Origin: Camelus ferus
Taxonomy: Eukaryota
Length of the DNA stretch: 64,000 bases
NCBI RefSeq assembly: GCF_009834535.1
Contig: NC_045707.1
Coordinates: 64,234,001-64,298,000 of the forward strand
Direction: 5' to 3'
Both the position numbers and the translations under genes were made by a program. Positions 50,791-63,834 of this stretch are shown piece after piece. How positions within the stretch are numbered: position 1 is the first letter of the stretch; every line of letters starts with the position of its first letter. The notes below the pieces were generated by a model, which was not told the origin of the DNA, searched no databases, and saw only the letters and a program-made list of their open reading frames with translations.

Positions 50791-50836
50791 TTCTTTTCCA
50801 AGAGGGACAATATTTTGTAAATTGTTTCTAAGGTAC

Positions 50837-51367
50837 TATATTACTTACCTATTGCTGTATAGCAAATTATCTTGAAACTTAGTGGCTAAAACAATTATAA
50901 TCATTATCTTAAATAGTTTGTATGATTCAGAGCTTTGGGAATAGCTTAGCTGGGTGGTTCTGGCTCAAGGTGTCTCTTGATGTCACAGTCAAGATGTTGG
51001 CCAGGGGCATGGTCGTGTGAAGGTTTGACTGAGGCTGGTGGATGCACTTCCAGGTTGGTCCACTAACACAGCTGGCATATTGGTGCTGACTCTTGGCAGG
51101 AGGTTACTGGTCCTCACTATATGGACCTTTCCCTAAGCCTGTCTGAGTGTCTGCAATATATGGTAACTCTCTTCCCCCAGAGATCATAGCGAATGATTAA
51201 AGAAATCAAGGTGGAAGATGTAATATGTTTTACGACTTAGCCTGGAAAATCTCATACCTCCCATCATTTCCACAATATTCTATTTGTTGCTCAACTCAGC
51301 TCTGTTTGTTGTGAAAGGGGCTGCATGAGGGTAGACATTGGGAGTCATCTTGAAAGCTACTACTACA
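50837..51367 (-). mobile_element. MLT1F/F2-like MaLR solo LTR
   Basis: ctattgctgtatagcaaatta..aaacttagtggctaaaacaa...cttagctgggtggttctggctcaagg...ggagtcatcttgaaagctactactaca. Confidence 0.8.
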
Positions 51368-51459
51368 ATTTTGTTCATTAATTAATTTATTATACATTGA
51401 TCACATCTCCATAAGTGTCTGTTATGTAAAAGTGTCTGGGCCAGCTCTGGCAGTCATTG

Positions 51460-51890
51460 CAAACTTTTAATTGTTTAACAGGTATTTTTTTAGTTCCTAC
51501 TATGTGCTGGGCATTCTTTTATGCATTAAGTATTCTGCAAAGAGCAAAAGAAATCAAGTTCTACATCCTTGCAGCTTACATTTTAGTTGGTGTGGAAAAG
51601 AACAGAGGATATAATATGTTAGGTGATGATGAGTCTATAAACAAAAAGCAGATAAAGAGAGAGAGAGACTAATAGGGTAGGTCCTGTTTTATATGGATGA
51701 TAAGGAATGCTTCTGGGTTCAGGTACCATTTGTACAAGAACCTGGCTAAATTTGAGGGTGGGAGAAGGGGACCCAGGTGCTGGGGTGGGAGAAGAATGTT
51801 TGAGGCAGAGGAAATATTCAGTGTAGATGTTGGTGGCAAGTTGCAAGGAAGAGCAATACATTCTACAAGAAGGACTGTGTAAAGGTCTGC
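51460..51890 (-). mobile_element. L2 fragment
   Basis: cctactatgtgctgggcatt...gcagcttacattttagttgg...ggtgatgatgagt. Confidence 0.6.
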
Positions 51891-53214
51891 TTACCTGTAA
51901 GTCAGGGCTGCTGTTAGACTTTGTCATCTTGGATTCTTTTCTGTTTTACCGCTTTTAAATCTAAGTTCAACATTTAAAGCCTATTTAAAGCGCAAGGATT
52001 TCCTTACCACAGAATGCAAACACGGTTTACAAATATTATTTTTTATTCACCTCGTGTTAGCTTATGTGGCTGCTTGGGGCAGCCTACCCAGTGGCTGTTT
52101 CAGATCTCTCCCCAGGCCTCAAGCTCCAGACTCCCACTGAACCAATATTTCTCTTAGTAGCTTATCACTTACTCACCTCAGAAGGTCAAGGCCATCTGCC
52201 AGGCACTTTTTCTTTGCCTCAGGATGTGATGAGAACTTTAAGTTCCTTATCGTACGTCTTCAGAGGAATAGCTGTGCACCATCCTTCCCAGATGTCCACC
52301 TGTGCCTTAGGTGCGACCCAGACGACTGTGAGTCAGCATGTAGGCCTGTGGGGGCCCCTTGTCTGTGGACACCTCCCAAGGACTGCCTGTGCCGCCCGCG
52401 TGTGATCCCCTGGGCTGAGATTTGGCCAAAAGGATGGCTGTTTTCAGGGCTGCAGGTGGAAATCACACCTGGTGGTTGGGGCATCCAGATGCATGCTGGT
52501 GTGGACCCCCTCATGGCGGAAGAGAGAGGTGGGTAAGTCCGGGCTGGAGATCAGTTTCCAGTGTGGAGCTTGGAGGAATCTGACAAATCTAAACTCAGAC
52601 TTAACCTTCCAGACCACTGTGAAGGTTTATTTGTCAGGCTGGCAAAAAGAACATGTTTTATCTAGAGTGTTTTGTTATGAGTGGGCCTGAGCGACCAGCT
52701 TTGCATGACGGCACAAAAGAACATTGGATGGTACACTTACCCCAAGCTTTTACCTTGATCTCTTTACCTGCACTGAAGTTCCTTAACTTTCCTTGGACAA
52801 ACTCAGGTCAACACAAGGTATGTGTGTACGACTCAGTTACACAAGTGTTATTGGTGTTCTTTTATGCTTCCTAGAGTCAAATGCTTTGCCGATGGTGTTC
52901 AATAAATAAGTTCGTCATATGTGTGATATGTGATGCCTGCAGAAGTCAATTTCCTTGTGGTGATTTAGACATATTGTCTCTTAAAATAATAATTCTGTCT
53001 AGTGTCCCAGAGATTCACTTGGCTGGGAAGTGGTCACATCCTAGTCGTAATCCTCAAATTCCTGCCCATCAGTTCAGTCTTACCCTCATCAATTCTGGGG
53101 CAGCTGTTCAAGCAAATACTGCTGTGGAGATCCGTTTGAGGGTTTTTTTTTTTTTACACAGCTGTTTGAAAGCCGAGGTCGGTTTTAATGGAAAGTGATC
53201 TGGATTATCTCATA

Positions 53215-53405
53215 AGCGTAAACCTGTTACTGTAGCTTTCCCAGAGGGCGGGTCTTCTGTGCAGGCGCTTTGGTTATAGCCCAGTTAAATCTCGTTACCC
53301 TATAAATCAGCGCACACAACACGTCTCAGGCTACGAGCGAGCTTTTGGGTGGGCGAAAACTGACCGGAGGTTGAAATCCAAAAGGGTGTGTTATTTTCCC
53401 CGTTG
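53215..53405 (+). promoter_or_regulatory. Candidate regulatory element (GC box/CTCF-like core and TATA)
   Basis: About 11 CpGs in 190 bp of non-repeat DNA; CCAGAGGGCGGG at 53241; TATAAAT at 53301. Confidence 0.35.
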
Positions 53406-54299
53406 ACAGTCAATTCTAAGGGCTTTTTCTTTAAGCACAGAATTGAATGAATGAAAACAGCAGATGGTAGCCAGTCCTCTGTGGCTCATCAGAGCAACTG
53501 AACTTTCCCCCAAGGCTCTAGAAAGGTGCTAATCTGAAGGGGTGGCCAACTCACCTGCCTCTGATGGGAGCCAAGCTGAAGGGATTTAAGTTAATGCAAG
53601 CACATTTGTGCCCATATTTCACCTCCAGCCATTTAGATTCACTTTAAAAAAAAAACAAAACTGTGGCAAACAATACTGGTTGGACCGGTTTGCACCCTCT
53701 GACTTGGGGGTGACCTGCATGGTATGATTTATGATTTCCGGCACACTGAGAAAGTTTCTTTTGCCTTAAATAGTTCACTTATATGAATGGAACAGGCTTG
53801 AAATTCCACTATTACAAGGCTTTCTTTTAGATTAACTGATCTCTCTCAATACACTTCAGAAAAAAAAATAAAAGATTATGTCTTGGTATGTATTTATTTC
53901 AATAATTTTTTTCTCTGTGAGCATTGTCGAGCCCTGATATGAAAGGAGATAGGACACCATTTCAAAAAAAAGGACAAGAGGAGGCTGGAAAATAGACATA
54001 ATGTTCTCTTGAAAGAAACTCCATATTTTTTTAGCTACGACCCATCAGACATTCTTTAAGAGAGTTTCTCAAAAAAAAACCTGTGATTTAGGAATAAATA
54101 TTCCTGTTGACCATACAAGGAAATGACCCAGGAACACCATAGATCTTATAGTGGTAAGATGCAACTAGGAATCAAATATAAATTCTTTTGTTCTGAGTTT
54201 TATGCTCCTTTTACTACACCTAGTATTTCCTAAACCATGTTGTCCAGCAGTAAATTTGGGATATTCCCTGCTGTGGTTAATTATAGCTTTAATTAGCCA

Positions 54300-54720
54300 C
54301 GCACCTTGGATGTGTGATAAGCTCTCGGGAGCCAGGTCGTCTGGGGTAAAATCTCAGTTCCCGCAATTACTGATTGTATAATTTTGGGCAAATTACTTAC
54401 TCCCCTTGGATTGTATCTATAAATAGGGATAATAATCTTACTTACCTGCCTCATGGGTTTATGGTGAAGATGATTTGAGAAACTTTAGGTAAAGTGCTTA
54501 GAACAATTTCTAGCACCCAATAACTGCTTAATAATTCCTTGCTATTATACTTAATACCTTATTAAGTCCTCCCCAAAATACTCTAAAGCAGATACTATCC
54601 TTATTTATAGATGAGTAAACTGGACTCAGTTAAGTTAGGTGACTTACCTAAAATCAAGGTCAAATAAACTAGCAATAAATCTAGTTTATTTTATACTCGG
54701 GTGCATTCTACACTCTGCTG
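54300..54720. mobile_element. Tail-to-tail MIR pair (+ then -)
   Basis: ttttgggcaaattacttac...taaagtgcttagaacaat, then tttatagatgagtaaactg..ttaggtgacttacctaa. Confidence 0.75.
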
Positions 54721-54836
54721 CAAGGTTGAGATGGCACTTGCATATCTGATAGAATAAATGTTTAATATTCAGGACTGGCCTGCACGTGGTGGAGCCCTGA
54801 AATAAGTCTCTATGTACTCAAAATAATCTCAAGCTT

Positions 54837-55359
54837 CATTTATTTATTTATCTACTCATTTGTTATTGAGGTAACATTGGTTTATAACATTATGTAAGTT
54901 TCCTGTGTCCAGCATTATAATTCAATGTGTGTATACACTACAGCATGCTTACCACCAAAAGTTACTTCAGTTTCATATAGTTGACCCCCTGTACCTATTT
55001 CACCCTTCCCCATCCCCCTTCCTCTCTGATAACCACCGATATGTTTTCTGTGTCTATGTTTACTTTTATTTATTCGTTTATTTATTTATATTCCACATAC
55101 AAGTGAAATCATATGGTATTTGTCTTTCTCCGTCTGATTTATCTCACTTAGCAGAATACCTTCAAGGTCTATCCATGTTGTTGCAAAGAAAAGCTATCTG
55201 CACCCCATGTTCATCATGGCATTATTTATAATAGCCAAGATATGGAAACAACGTAATTGCCCACTGATGGATGAATGATAAAGAAGATATAGTCTATATA
55301 CACAGTAGAATATTATTCAGCCATTAAAAAGATGAGCTTTTCCATTTGTGACAACATGG
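54837..55359 (-). mobile_element. 5'-inverted (twin-primed) L1 insertion
   Basis: Antisense 3' UTR at 54837-55187 joined to a sense ORF2-end piece at 55188-55359; TSD atctcaagctt/atctcaaggtt. Confidence 0.85.
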
Positions 55360-57379
55360 ATCTCAAGGTTTTGAAAGCCACTGCCAATCCAAAAGAGACT
55401 CTGTAGACAATGGTCATGGCTGTTAAGTGTTCCCTTTGGAAGTCTGTCTCCAAAAGGTAGCAGAGTTTGGGACAAAGCCTGAAGTAGGGCATTGATTGAC
55501 TGACAGGACAGAGGGGGAACAGATGGGTGAGGCTGGGTGAGCATTGGCATTAGGAGATGGTTGGCCAGAGGAAGGGGTCTCAGACAAGGGGAATCACATG
55601 TCATCTACTTTGGAATGTTTGTCTTAGTTCAGGGCTGAGCCCAGAGGAATGACCCAGATATGTAGCTGTAAAAGATGCCTTTACAATGTGTTTCCTTATG
55701 CAGTGAGGGTGACTATTTTTCATGTTCTAATTCCTATTTTTCAGTTGATGAAATTTAGAAAGATTAACAATACAAGGCCACAACTAGTAAAAGTGCTGGC
55801 TCTTTCCATTACTGGGGCTGCCTTTCAGAGGCCAGTTGCTGAGCACGATGTACTGGGAATGGAAAGGAAATGGAACTGTGGGACTGGATATTTACATAAT
55901 GTAGTGGATTTCACAGCATCCCTTGATTCTGCATCCCCATTACAGAAGTGACCTCTGTGATACCCCAGGATTAGCTTCGTTTGTGGGTAAATACTAACCC
56001 TCAAAACTATGCTTCTGAGCCATCAGTTCATACTGATTTAATTTGATATTAAATTGCTTATAGAAATTAAATATATCTCGGGAGGCTGAAATTTGTTGAA
56101 AGTTTCCCAAGATTTTTTATTGCATGTTCATCAGATTTTACAAGCACTGCAATTTGTGGCCCCCTGACAAAGTCTCTACAAAGGACAGTGAATTAATTAG
56201 AGACAACGAGAAGTCTGTTGCTCACAAATCTTTGTAATTCTGTGTCGTTGTTCTTAGGAATTGCAATCCCAGAGAAATCCAAAATTCAAATGAGACGAAT
56301 GTGAGCTGAAAATTCAGCCGTCCACTACAGCACTAGTCAAAGCAGTGGCAAGTCCAGGGTGAGGAGGAAGAATTTCGGTCTGTATCGAAACAGTCAGATT
56401 CCTTTCTTCCCTTGAGAGTGGATGCATAATTAAAAATTGGACGTCATTACTGTTCTTTTGTGTTTGAAAGAAAATTCAGCAAGGAAGAGGCAGCTGGAAG
56501 AAGGCAACACAGGTGAAGGCAACTTCAACTTGGAGGTAACAGCCACATAATTTATACCGCGTAACAAATTAGGCTCCAGATGAGGAACATCTTAGTGCAC
56601 ATAATATGTAGCAGTTCATTTGTATAATAAGCAGCAGGAGGATATTTTAATCTTTAAAATCATGACTATGTTAGTGAAAGGCAAGGATGATTTTAGCAAA
56701 AACTTTAACTGAATTGTGAGGCCCAAACTGAAATGAAGCTTACTCATTTGCTGACCCCACAACCATGGAAAACAGCTTTTATTTAAGCATGTGTATTTTT
56801 AAATAATTTACAATATGCCCACTTCCAGAAAGGATTTAATACAACCTGACTCCACTCTAAGGAGAAGACAAACTAGAATACAAGGTAAACTAAAGTATGG
56901 ACTGTGTGTGTCTGTGTGTGTGAACAAACTATCAAATAAAACTGTTAGAAGGATTCTAAATCCTTATATTTTTCAATGAAAGAATAAGAGCTGAATAACA
57001 ATAAGGAAATATTCTCTGAATCTAATTCTACAAAACCAATTTTTTTTTCCCGTCTGTAATAGTTCAGTAATCAAATCACCTTTTGCTCCTGGGAAGGCCT
57101 TTCAGGTCTGATTTGAGGTTTTTAGCTCGGTTATGCTCTGTGACACTAACTGTGAGTGCTCGCAGAAGTTGAGTTTGCCTCCTTTCTCCCACATGCTGCT
57201 GGACTTCGTTCCAGAGTTCCTGTCCCTAGGTGGGTCTAGGTGAATAGACTGAACAGAAGTGATGTTTGCCCTCTCTGAGCAAAGGATGGTAAGAGCAGGT
57301 ATGCCTTCTCTGAGCATCGTCTTCCTCTCCATCCACTAGCTGAACGCTGAAGGCAGCTCCTAGAGGCTTTCCGAGAGGC

Positions 57380-57565
57380 AGTGGTTCTCAAAATGGGGTC
57401 CCAGGGCCAGGAGCAGGCACATCACCTGGAAACTTGTTTAAAATGCAGATTCTTGGGACCCACCCAAGATCTACTAAATCCACAACTGGCGATGGGGCCC
57501 AGCAATTTAGGGACTAGCGAGCCCTCCAGGTGATTGGGCTGCACACATTCGGCTGAGAAACACCC
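57380..57565 (+). mobile_element. MER5A MITE
   Basis: cagtggttctcaaa...catcacctggaaacttgtttaaaatgcagattcttggg...gccctccaggtgatt...tgagaaacac. Confidence 0.88.
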
Positions 57566-58214
57566 TTCTAGACAATAGCAAGGCCCCAAGTTGGAAGAAC
57601 CATGGGTCCCTGAATGATGGCACAAAGCAGGCATCTCTGCAGACCCCTGCTCCCGTCTCTGGACTGAGACAAAAGACAGAGGTTGTATTGCACGAAGCCC
57701 CTGAGACCTGCAGGGTCCCGTCTGCAGCACTTGGCCCATCTTGACGAGTCCTGCTTCCTGTTCCTTTTCCTACTGTCGGTCTTGATGAGTGTGACAACCT
57801 CCCGCTTTTGTCCTCGCCACCACAAGCCCTGTGCGGAAGGATGAAGGAGTAAACCAGCCAACCGATAAGTGTTCTCTTCCCTCAGGTTTTGCTATTTTTA
57901 TCTCTCTTTGAATTTTCATGCGCTGCTCCCACTGCTTAGGTTGTTACCTGCTGCTCACCCAGCAAACCACTATTCATCCTTGATGCGTCTCCGCATCTGT
58001 AAAATCTTTTAGCAGCACTTTGCATAGTATGGGAAACTCCTTTCTACACAGTCTTAAAGTATTTCTTGCCCTTCAAAGATCTGAGGTCCCTTAACATGAG
58101 AGGAGCTTCTCCAACACCCAAATTTGGGCGTACAATTACGTAAGACATTCTTTACAGAGATGACATGTTTACATTTTGAATTTTATGTGACAGTTTTCTG
58201 TTTTCTCTCTTTGG

Positions 58215-58565
58215 GGCAGTGGGGAATGCTTTTCCCCTACCCTAAATATGTATTTCTGCTGAATATGTGACTTAGTTCTATCCAACCAGAGTCCTAAGAT
58301 TTTTCTACATGGGCTGATTGGAAATTTATAAATTGTTCTTGACATTGTAAAGTTGTGACCCTGAAGCTGTCTGCGGCCACACTGACTGTCATATGGGAAA
58401 AGACTGTCGTGAGAAAGACAGAAGCAAACGCTCAGGTAGCAGAGCGTCAGCTCTGACAGCATCCTACCCCAGGGATCCAGGCACCCCTGCAATTGGACCT
58501 GCATCTCTGAGGCTTGGATACAGAGGTAATACGTTTTCTTATTTTGTTTTAGGTAATTTGAGTTT
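58215..58565 (+). mobile_element. Degenerate MLT1-type LTR
   Basis: gagaaagacaga...ctgacagcat...ggatccaggca..cctg...ttgagtttctatcact. Confidence 0.45.
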
Positions 58566-58829
58566 CTATCACTAGCTTTCAAAAGCTGCCTGCTGTGATG
58601 ACTGTGGAAATCACTTCATTCATTTCTGAAAATGAGAGATTGCAGTAGGCTTTGGGCTAAAGAAGGGAGAAGAATGACCTAGTAAAGTAGGATGGAGGGA
58701 AAAAATAAGATTATTTAAGCGCAGCAGTGAGAGGTAGTACAGAAACGTGTAGGATGAATGAAGAACGTTGTCTCAGCTAAGACAGAGCAATGCTCCTCAG
58801 GTCTATCCTTTATTTAATAGCTTCATGAT

Positions 58830-59038
58830 TTTGGCCATTTTCTTATCCATCTGTGGTATTGGGGTTTTTTTTAAACTTTAAAAAATGCAGCCTGGTTCTA
58901 AGCAATAGTGTCCACAAAGTTATGGGTTGATTTGCTAGTTTTAAATACATAGAATATTTTTTGAAGCTCATTATGGCCCTCCTAAAGTGGTCATATTTGT
59001 TACAAGTGACATGAATATCACGTTTTGGGAAATACTGA
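58830..59038. mobile_element. hAT-Charlie relic (MER119-like)
   Basis: ttctaagcaatagtgtccacaaagttatgggttga...ttttgggaaatactg terminus. Confidence 0.45.
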
Positions 59039-59089
59039 GCTAGAGGATCAAGTCTACTGCAGGCTGGAGGGACATGCTGGGGCAGGGGG

Positions 59090-59609
59090 GTGGAGGGAGG
59101 CAGTCAGCCTCCTTCTCCCATGTCTTGAATTCAGCCAGCTTAAGAGCAGCTGGCTAGCTTCGGTTGACCACCTGAGTGAGGGCTACGGTGAACGCAACAG
59201 ACAGGGAAACCCCATGATATATGCAGACAGTGTGGCTGCCTTCTGGCCCTATCAGTTGTTAAAACATTGAAGCACATCTTTGCAAGCTGAAAAACAGCCA
59301 TTGCTCCAGGCCCATACAGAACTCCGACACCCCCGTCCCTTTGGCGTCACCTCCGGACTGTCTGGATCACATGATCCAGCAAGGAAAGGGGAAAAGCCAG
59401 TACAGCAGGGAGCCTCTGGGACTTTGCGCCAGCCCAGCGGCTGGCTTCTCTTCTGGTTGCTTAGTGCCCTTGCCGGCTGGTGTGAAAGAATATAAAACTC
59501 CTCGCTATACTCCTGTGTGACTGTGTGGACTGCAGTGGGTTGTATGTGTCGGCTACTTGTCCGTTTTCCCATCCTGATTGTCACTAGTCTAAAGATAAGA
59601 ATTGTGACA
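59090..59609 (+). mobile_element. Ancient LTR fragment (ERVL/Gypsy-type; family uncertain)
   Basis: tataaaactcctcgctatact...gattgtcactagtct...attgtgaca, a terminus typical of old eutherian LTRs. Confidence 0.4.
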
Positions 59610-59754
59610 TATGTCATTTTATCCAACATCTGATAGGAGTGGAGTCTTCAAGTTGGAAACAGGTGGGGAGATGGCCAGGATCTAGAACTTACTTTCTGGC
59701 TGTTTAATAATATCTTAACTGTCCTAGAGGAAGGCATTCATAATTGAGCAGGAA

Positions 59755-60025
59755 GCAATGGAGTGTGATGCTCAGAGCCTGGATTTTGGAGGTAGCCTGC
59801 TTGAGTTTAAATGCTGATTCTGTCCCTTACAAACTGGAGTGCTCTTGGATAAGTTATTTAATCTCTTAGTTTCTTCATCTGTTAAGTAGGAATAATAACA
59901 GGACCTACCTACCACACGGTGTTGATATGAGGATTAATTAAGTCATTGACTTAAGGCGTATAAAACATTTAGAATGGTGCCAGGCATATAATAAGCATTC
60001 ACTATGTACTAACTGTATTATTGTT
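59755..60025 (+). mobile_element. MIR SINE, near full length
   Basis: ttggataagttatttaatctcttagtttcttcatctgt...aataataacaggacctacct...tgaggattaa...agaatggtgccaggcatataataagcattca. Confidence 0.85.
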
Positions 60026-61105
60026 ACTTTAGGCAGATGTGAGAACAGCTCCAGATACAAGTCACTCTGTTGCTCTAAAGCACTTTTATATGAACAGTTG
60101 TACTGTCTTCCACATGTAAATCGGCCTTCCACGTGAGGACTTCCTGTGGTCAGTTTCAGTTGGGAAATGCTGAATTAACCAAGATTAAATAAAGTTTGCT
60201 GCTAGATACATCAATCTGCTAACCTATTCTAAAAACTCTAAGAGGGTTTTCTTAAATCAGTTCAAATTCTTTTTATCATCAGGACTTTTCTGGGTTTGTT
60301 TTTGAGAATCCTTTTGTGGACATGCCACTCTAAGGATTCTGACTTTATTCTTTATGTAAATCTATCTGGCCCTCTTGACTGGATCATAAGGAACCATAAT
60401 GGGTTTTTTAAAAGAGTGGTCACTCAGTCCCCAGTGGCCTAGGTGCAAAACAGGCATGTGGCCTCCTTGGCCTCTTTCCCTAGACTCACCTTAACTAGAA
60501 GAGATGACTGATCTTCTGATGGTGAGAAGAAACAAGGAAGTACTGACTTGAGTTAAAGGATCCGGGTGAAAGGACCTTTCTCCCTTCAGGTTAGAGTGGC
60601 TCGCCTTGTGCTTCCTGTCTCTGCCCTGGTCCTGTTGGTCCTCCCCGGGCCAAAGGCTTCCTCCTACATTGAAGTCAATCCCAGTCCCATTTTACCTATC
60701 AATGGATTTTAGTTTCAACAGACATTTCAGAGAAAGATTCGGTTCAAAATATCTAGACACAAGAAACTGACCATCCTGGCTCTCATCACACCAAAAGCAT
60801 CATCTAATTAATTCTAGGAAGTAATGATGTGCTTAACCTTGACCCAGCGAATGAGTGCCCCTCCTTAACGTCTGGAGTCAGAAGGAGAGGTCAGGGCACA
60901 AGTGTGCCCTGAAACCTAGAGCAGGGTCTGGCACACTCAGCAGTCAGTATATCCTTGTTGAATGAATGAAAGGATTAAAAATGAGCATTTAGGTAAGATA
61001 TGGGAGATAAGTGCCACATTTTGAGTAATGCTTGTGGCTGATACTTGGTAAATTCTATCAATACTAAAATAATGCATTTGAAGTTATTTAATCAGATAAA
61101 ATAGG

Positions 61106-61148
61106 TGTTTTTGTTTTGTTTTGTTTTTTGTTTTTTGTTTTTTGTTTT
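61106..61148. repeat. (GTTTT/GTTTTT)n
   Basis: Directly visible. Confidence 0.9.
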
Positions 61149-61374
61149 ACCTCTGCTAATAGGGGGATTTTAACCTTTTTTTTTTCCTTCTTCCTTTCAT
61201 TGAATCTTCAACAGTTCCACGTGCAGGATTGACTTTCTCATTTCACGTGTGCTCGTGTGTCCTAGCTGCTAATGAGACCGAATTGCGTTGACTTACTAGC
61301 ATCATCTTTCTCCCTTCAGTAAATTCATGTCCCATTTCTCTCATTTGCTTCTCCCTGAAGTTAATTTGATGATC

Positions 61375-62190
61375 ATTTTGTCCTCCCATTCAAGGCTTTT
61401 TCTTTCAGGGCATGGGAGTTAATCATGGCCATGGTGGTCCCTGGAGGCAGAGGACTCAAGCGTGCAGAACAAAGAGCATCTCTCTGTCATCCTCAGCTGC
61501 GAAGGAGTGGCAGCTTAGCTGATGATGTTTTCATGAAGAAGCTGTGTCAGGGCTGTGAAGTCATCACCCCGTTGTCTTCTGGCATTGGATGTTACAGTCG
61601 GAGAATTCCCTGATTTTGGCTTCTTTTAATGCAATCTTATTTTTCTACTTGGAAGTTTGAAAAATTCTTTCATTTTTCTTGAAATTTAAAAATTTTACCA
61701 GATTTTGATTACTTTAGTGTAATTAATGTTGATTAGAACATAGTAAGCCTTTTCAATATCCAATTTTAGTTTCATTTTTAGTTTCGTTTTTATAATGCTG
61801 GAAAATTTTCTTCAGTTATATCCTTAATTAACTGTCCTGATATGATCCTACCTTCAGGAGGACATATTAATTTGTAGTTAGATTGCCATTTGACTTTCCA
61901 CATCTGTCATCTTCTCTTAAAATATTGTTTCTTGTTAAATGTCCTGCATTTGTTCCTGGAATCTATTGTTTCGTGAATGTGATTCTCCACAGGAAGGTCT
62001 ATACTTTTTACTGCCACAGAGTCGTGCTAGAATTCAGCCGAGTCTGTACTTGCCACTCTTCTTTTCATCTTGTTGAGGATGGCTAGTAGTTCTCACTCAA
62101 GCATTTCCTTTGAGACTTTGTCTGCACACTGCTTTTTCTTTTGTTGTGGGGTATTTTCTTAGTGTGGTTGCGTTACTCGTAATTTCATGT
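61375..62190 (-). mobile_element. Very old L1 (ORF1/5' region-like) relic
   Basis: T-rich degenerate antisense motifs (ccccgttgtcttctggcatt, ttcttgaaatttaaaaattttaccaga, ctggaaaattttcttcagttatatcctt). Confidence 0.4.
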
Positions 62191-63671
62191 ATTCAGGATG
62201 CTAGACTTGGGCTGAGGTTCTAGGAGCAACATAGAAGTGGGTCAAGATTGACCTTTGGGTTAAAGATGGAAGAGAAAAAAATCTGAAAAGCAGCATAGAG
62301 TGATGAAGTCAGGGTCAAGATTCAAGGACAAAACCCAAAAAGGCAGCAGCATGAAGAGAGGCAAAGACCTGTTGCAAAACACTGGGCAGGAAAGCAAAGT
62401 ACACGCCTTTGGAATGGACGCGAGAGGGCTGAGTCTTGAATCTCTAAGACACAACGGGGAGCTAGTACACTTACTGGGAGATTTAGACAGAAGGGGAAGT
62501 TGGGGTAGACAAGAAATCGCATCTCAGACTTGTGAAGCTTAGGTTGGAGAAGACTAGGATGGAGCCACATGGCTTCTGGAAGGAATCCTCCTGAGACAAT
62601 ATTTGTACCTCAGGTTGGCTGCTGGTGTTGCCTGAGTCCCATTGATCACAAATCGGAATGTGCTCAATTCCTTTTTTTTTTTTTTTTTTTGGCAATTGAT
62701 GTGATTTCTCTCTTTTGAGTGATTCTACAGGTTAATGAAAAGAGGGAAAGAGTTCTCAAGAGCTTTGATCCACTCTACTATTTTCTGTCAATTCCCAAAT
62801 TTTATTTAAAGGCATATATCTTTGTAAGACACAGAAGAAACATGAATATGAAATCTAAGTCCCAATTGCTGTGTATAATATTCTACAAACATAACTTCCT
62901 CCACACCCACTCCCAGAACAGGCTAGAATTAATTTTAGACATCTAGCCTTCACGGATGTAGACTGTTTGCATAAGACTGAAAAGAAGTGTCAATTGCCCG
63001 AGCTTCTGTGATATGAAAATGTGCCTAGAAGAAAGGAGAATGAGATTATTAGATAACTTTGGACTTTCCAAAGCCTTAACATGATAATCTCTTTGAGAGA
63101 TGACTGGAAAGTTTTGGTATTAAGTTTCTAGCACTGGTGCCATTTAAACGAAGCGTATCTTTTCAGGGAATTTTGGAAAACCAATGTGTTAGGGTTGAAG
63201 TAGTAAGATAAGCGTCAGGGAAGCTTGCAACGGAATGTGCTTTACTGTGCTAAAAAATTGCTATCTACTTGCGTCCTGGATCAGTGGAGACAACCTCTGA
63301 GACTTGTAAGAAACACAAACGTGGAGCCACAGTACCTCTTGGATTTGAGAAACAAGCCTTCCAACGTCAGTGAACGTCAGTGTGTGTTTTCATCCCAGAA
63401 CGCCCTACTCAAATTCTATTTTACACTGAATTTTAAAAGCGCGTGAACAGGGTCGGTGTGCAGCATGTGATGGGTAGCTCCTGAATACACACAAAAACAA
63501 GTCTCAAGCCACTGGAGCTTAGATGAGGACTTTTATAGTTAGTATACATCAGCTGGTCTTTCCAAGCATGGAGGAATGCTTCCTGTGTTCCATTCATGAA
63601 TCTTTCCTTCAAAACTTGCTCTCTCTTGGGGGCGATTTTCCTTAACACATATTTTTTGAACTGTTCATCTG

Positions 63672-63830
63672 TCCACCACCCACCCACCCACCCATCCATC
63701 CATCCATCCATCCATTACTCCATCCAGTATCTTTTGAGTACTTAGTATGTGCCAGTCCTCAAGTGAATGGCTGGGAATACAATGAAGAAGAAGACAGACT
63801 TTGTTTTTGACCCTGTCTTGTGAAATCTAG
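63672..63830 (-). mobile_element. L2 3' end with (CCAC)/(CCAT)n expansion
   Basis: ccacccacccatccatccatcc, then ttgagtacttagtatgtgccag...gggaatacaatgaagaaga. Confidence 0.65.
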
Positions 63831-63834
63831 TTGC

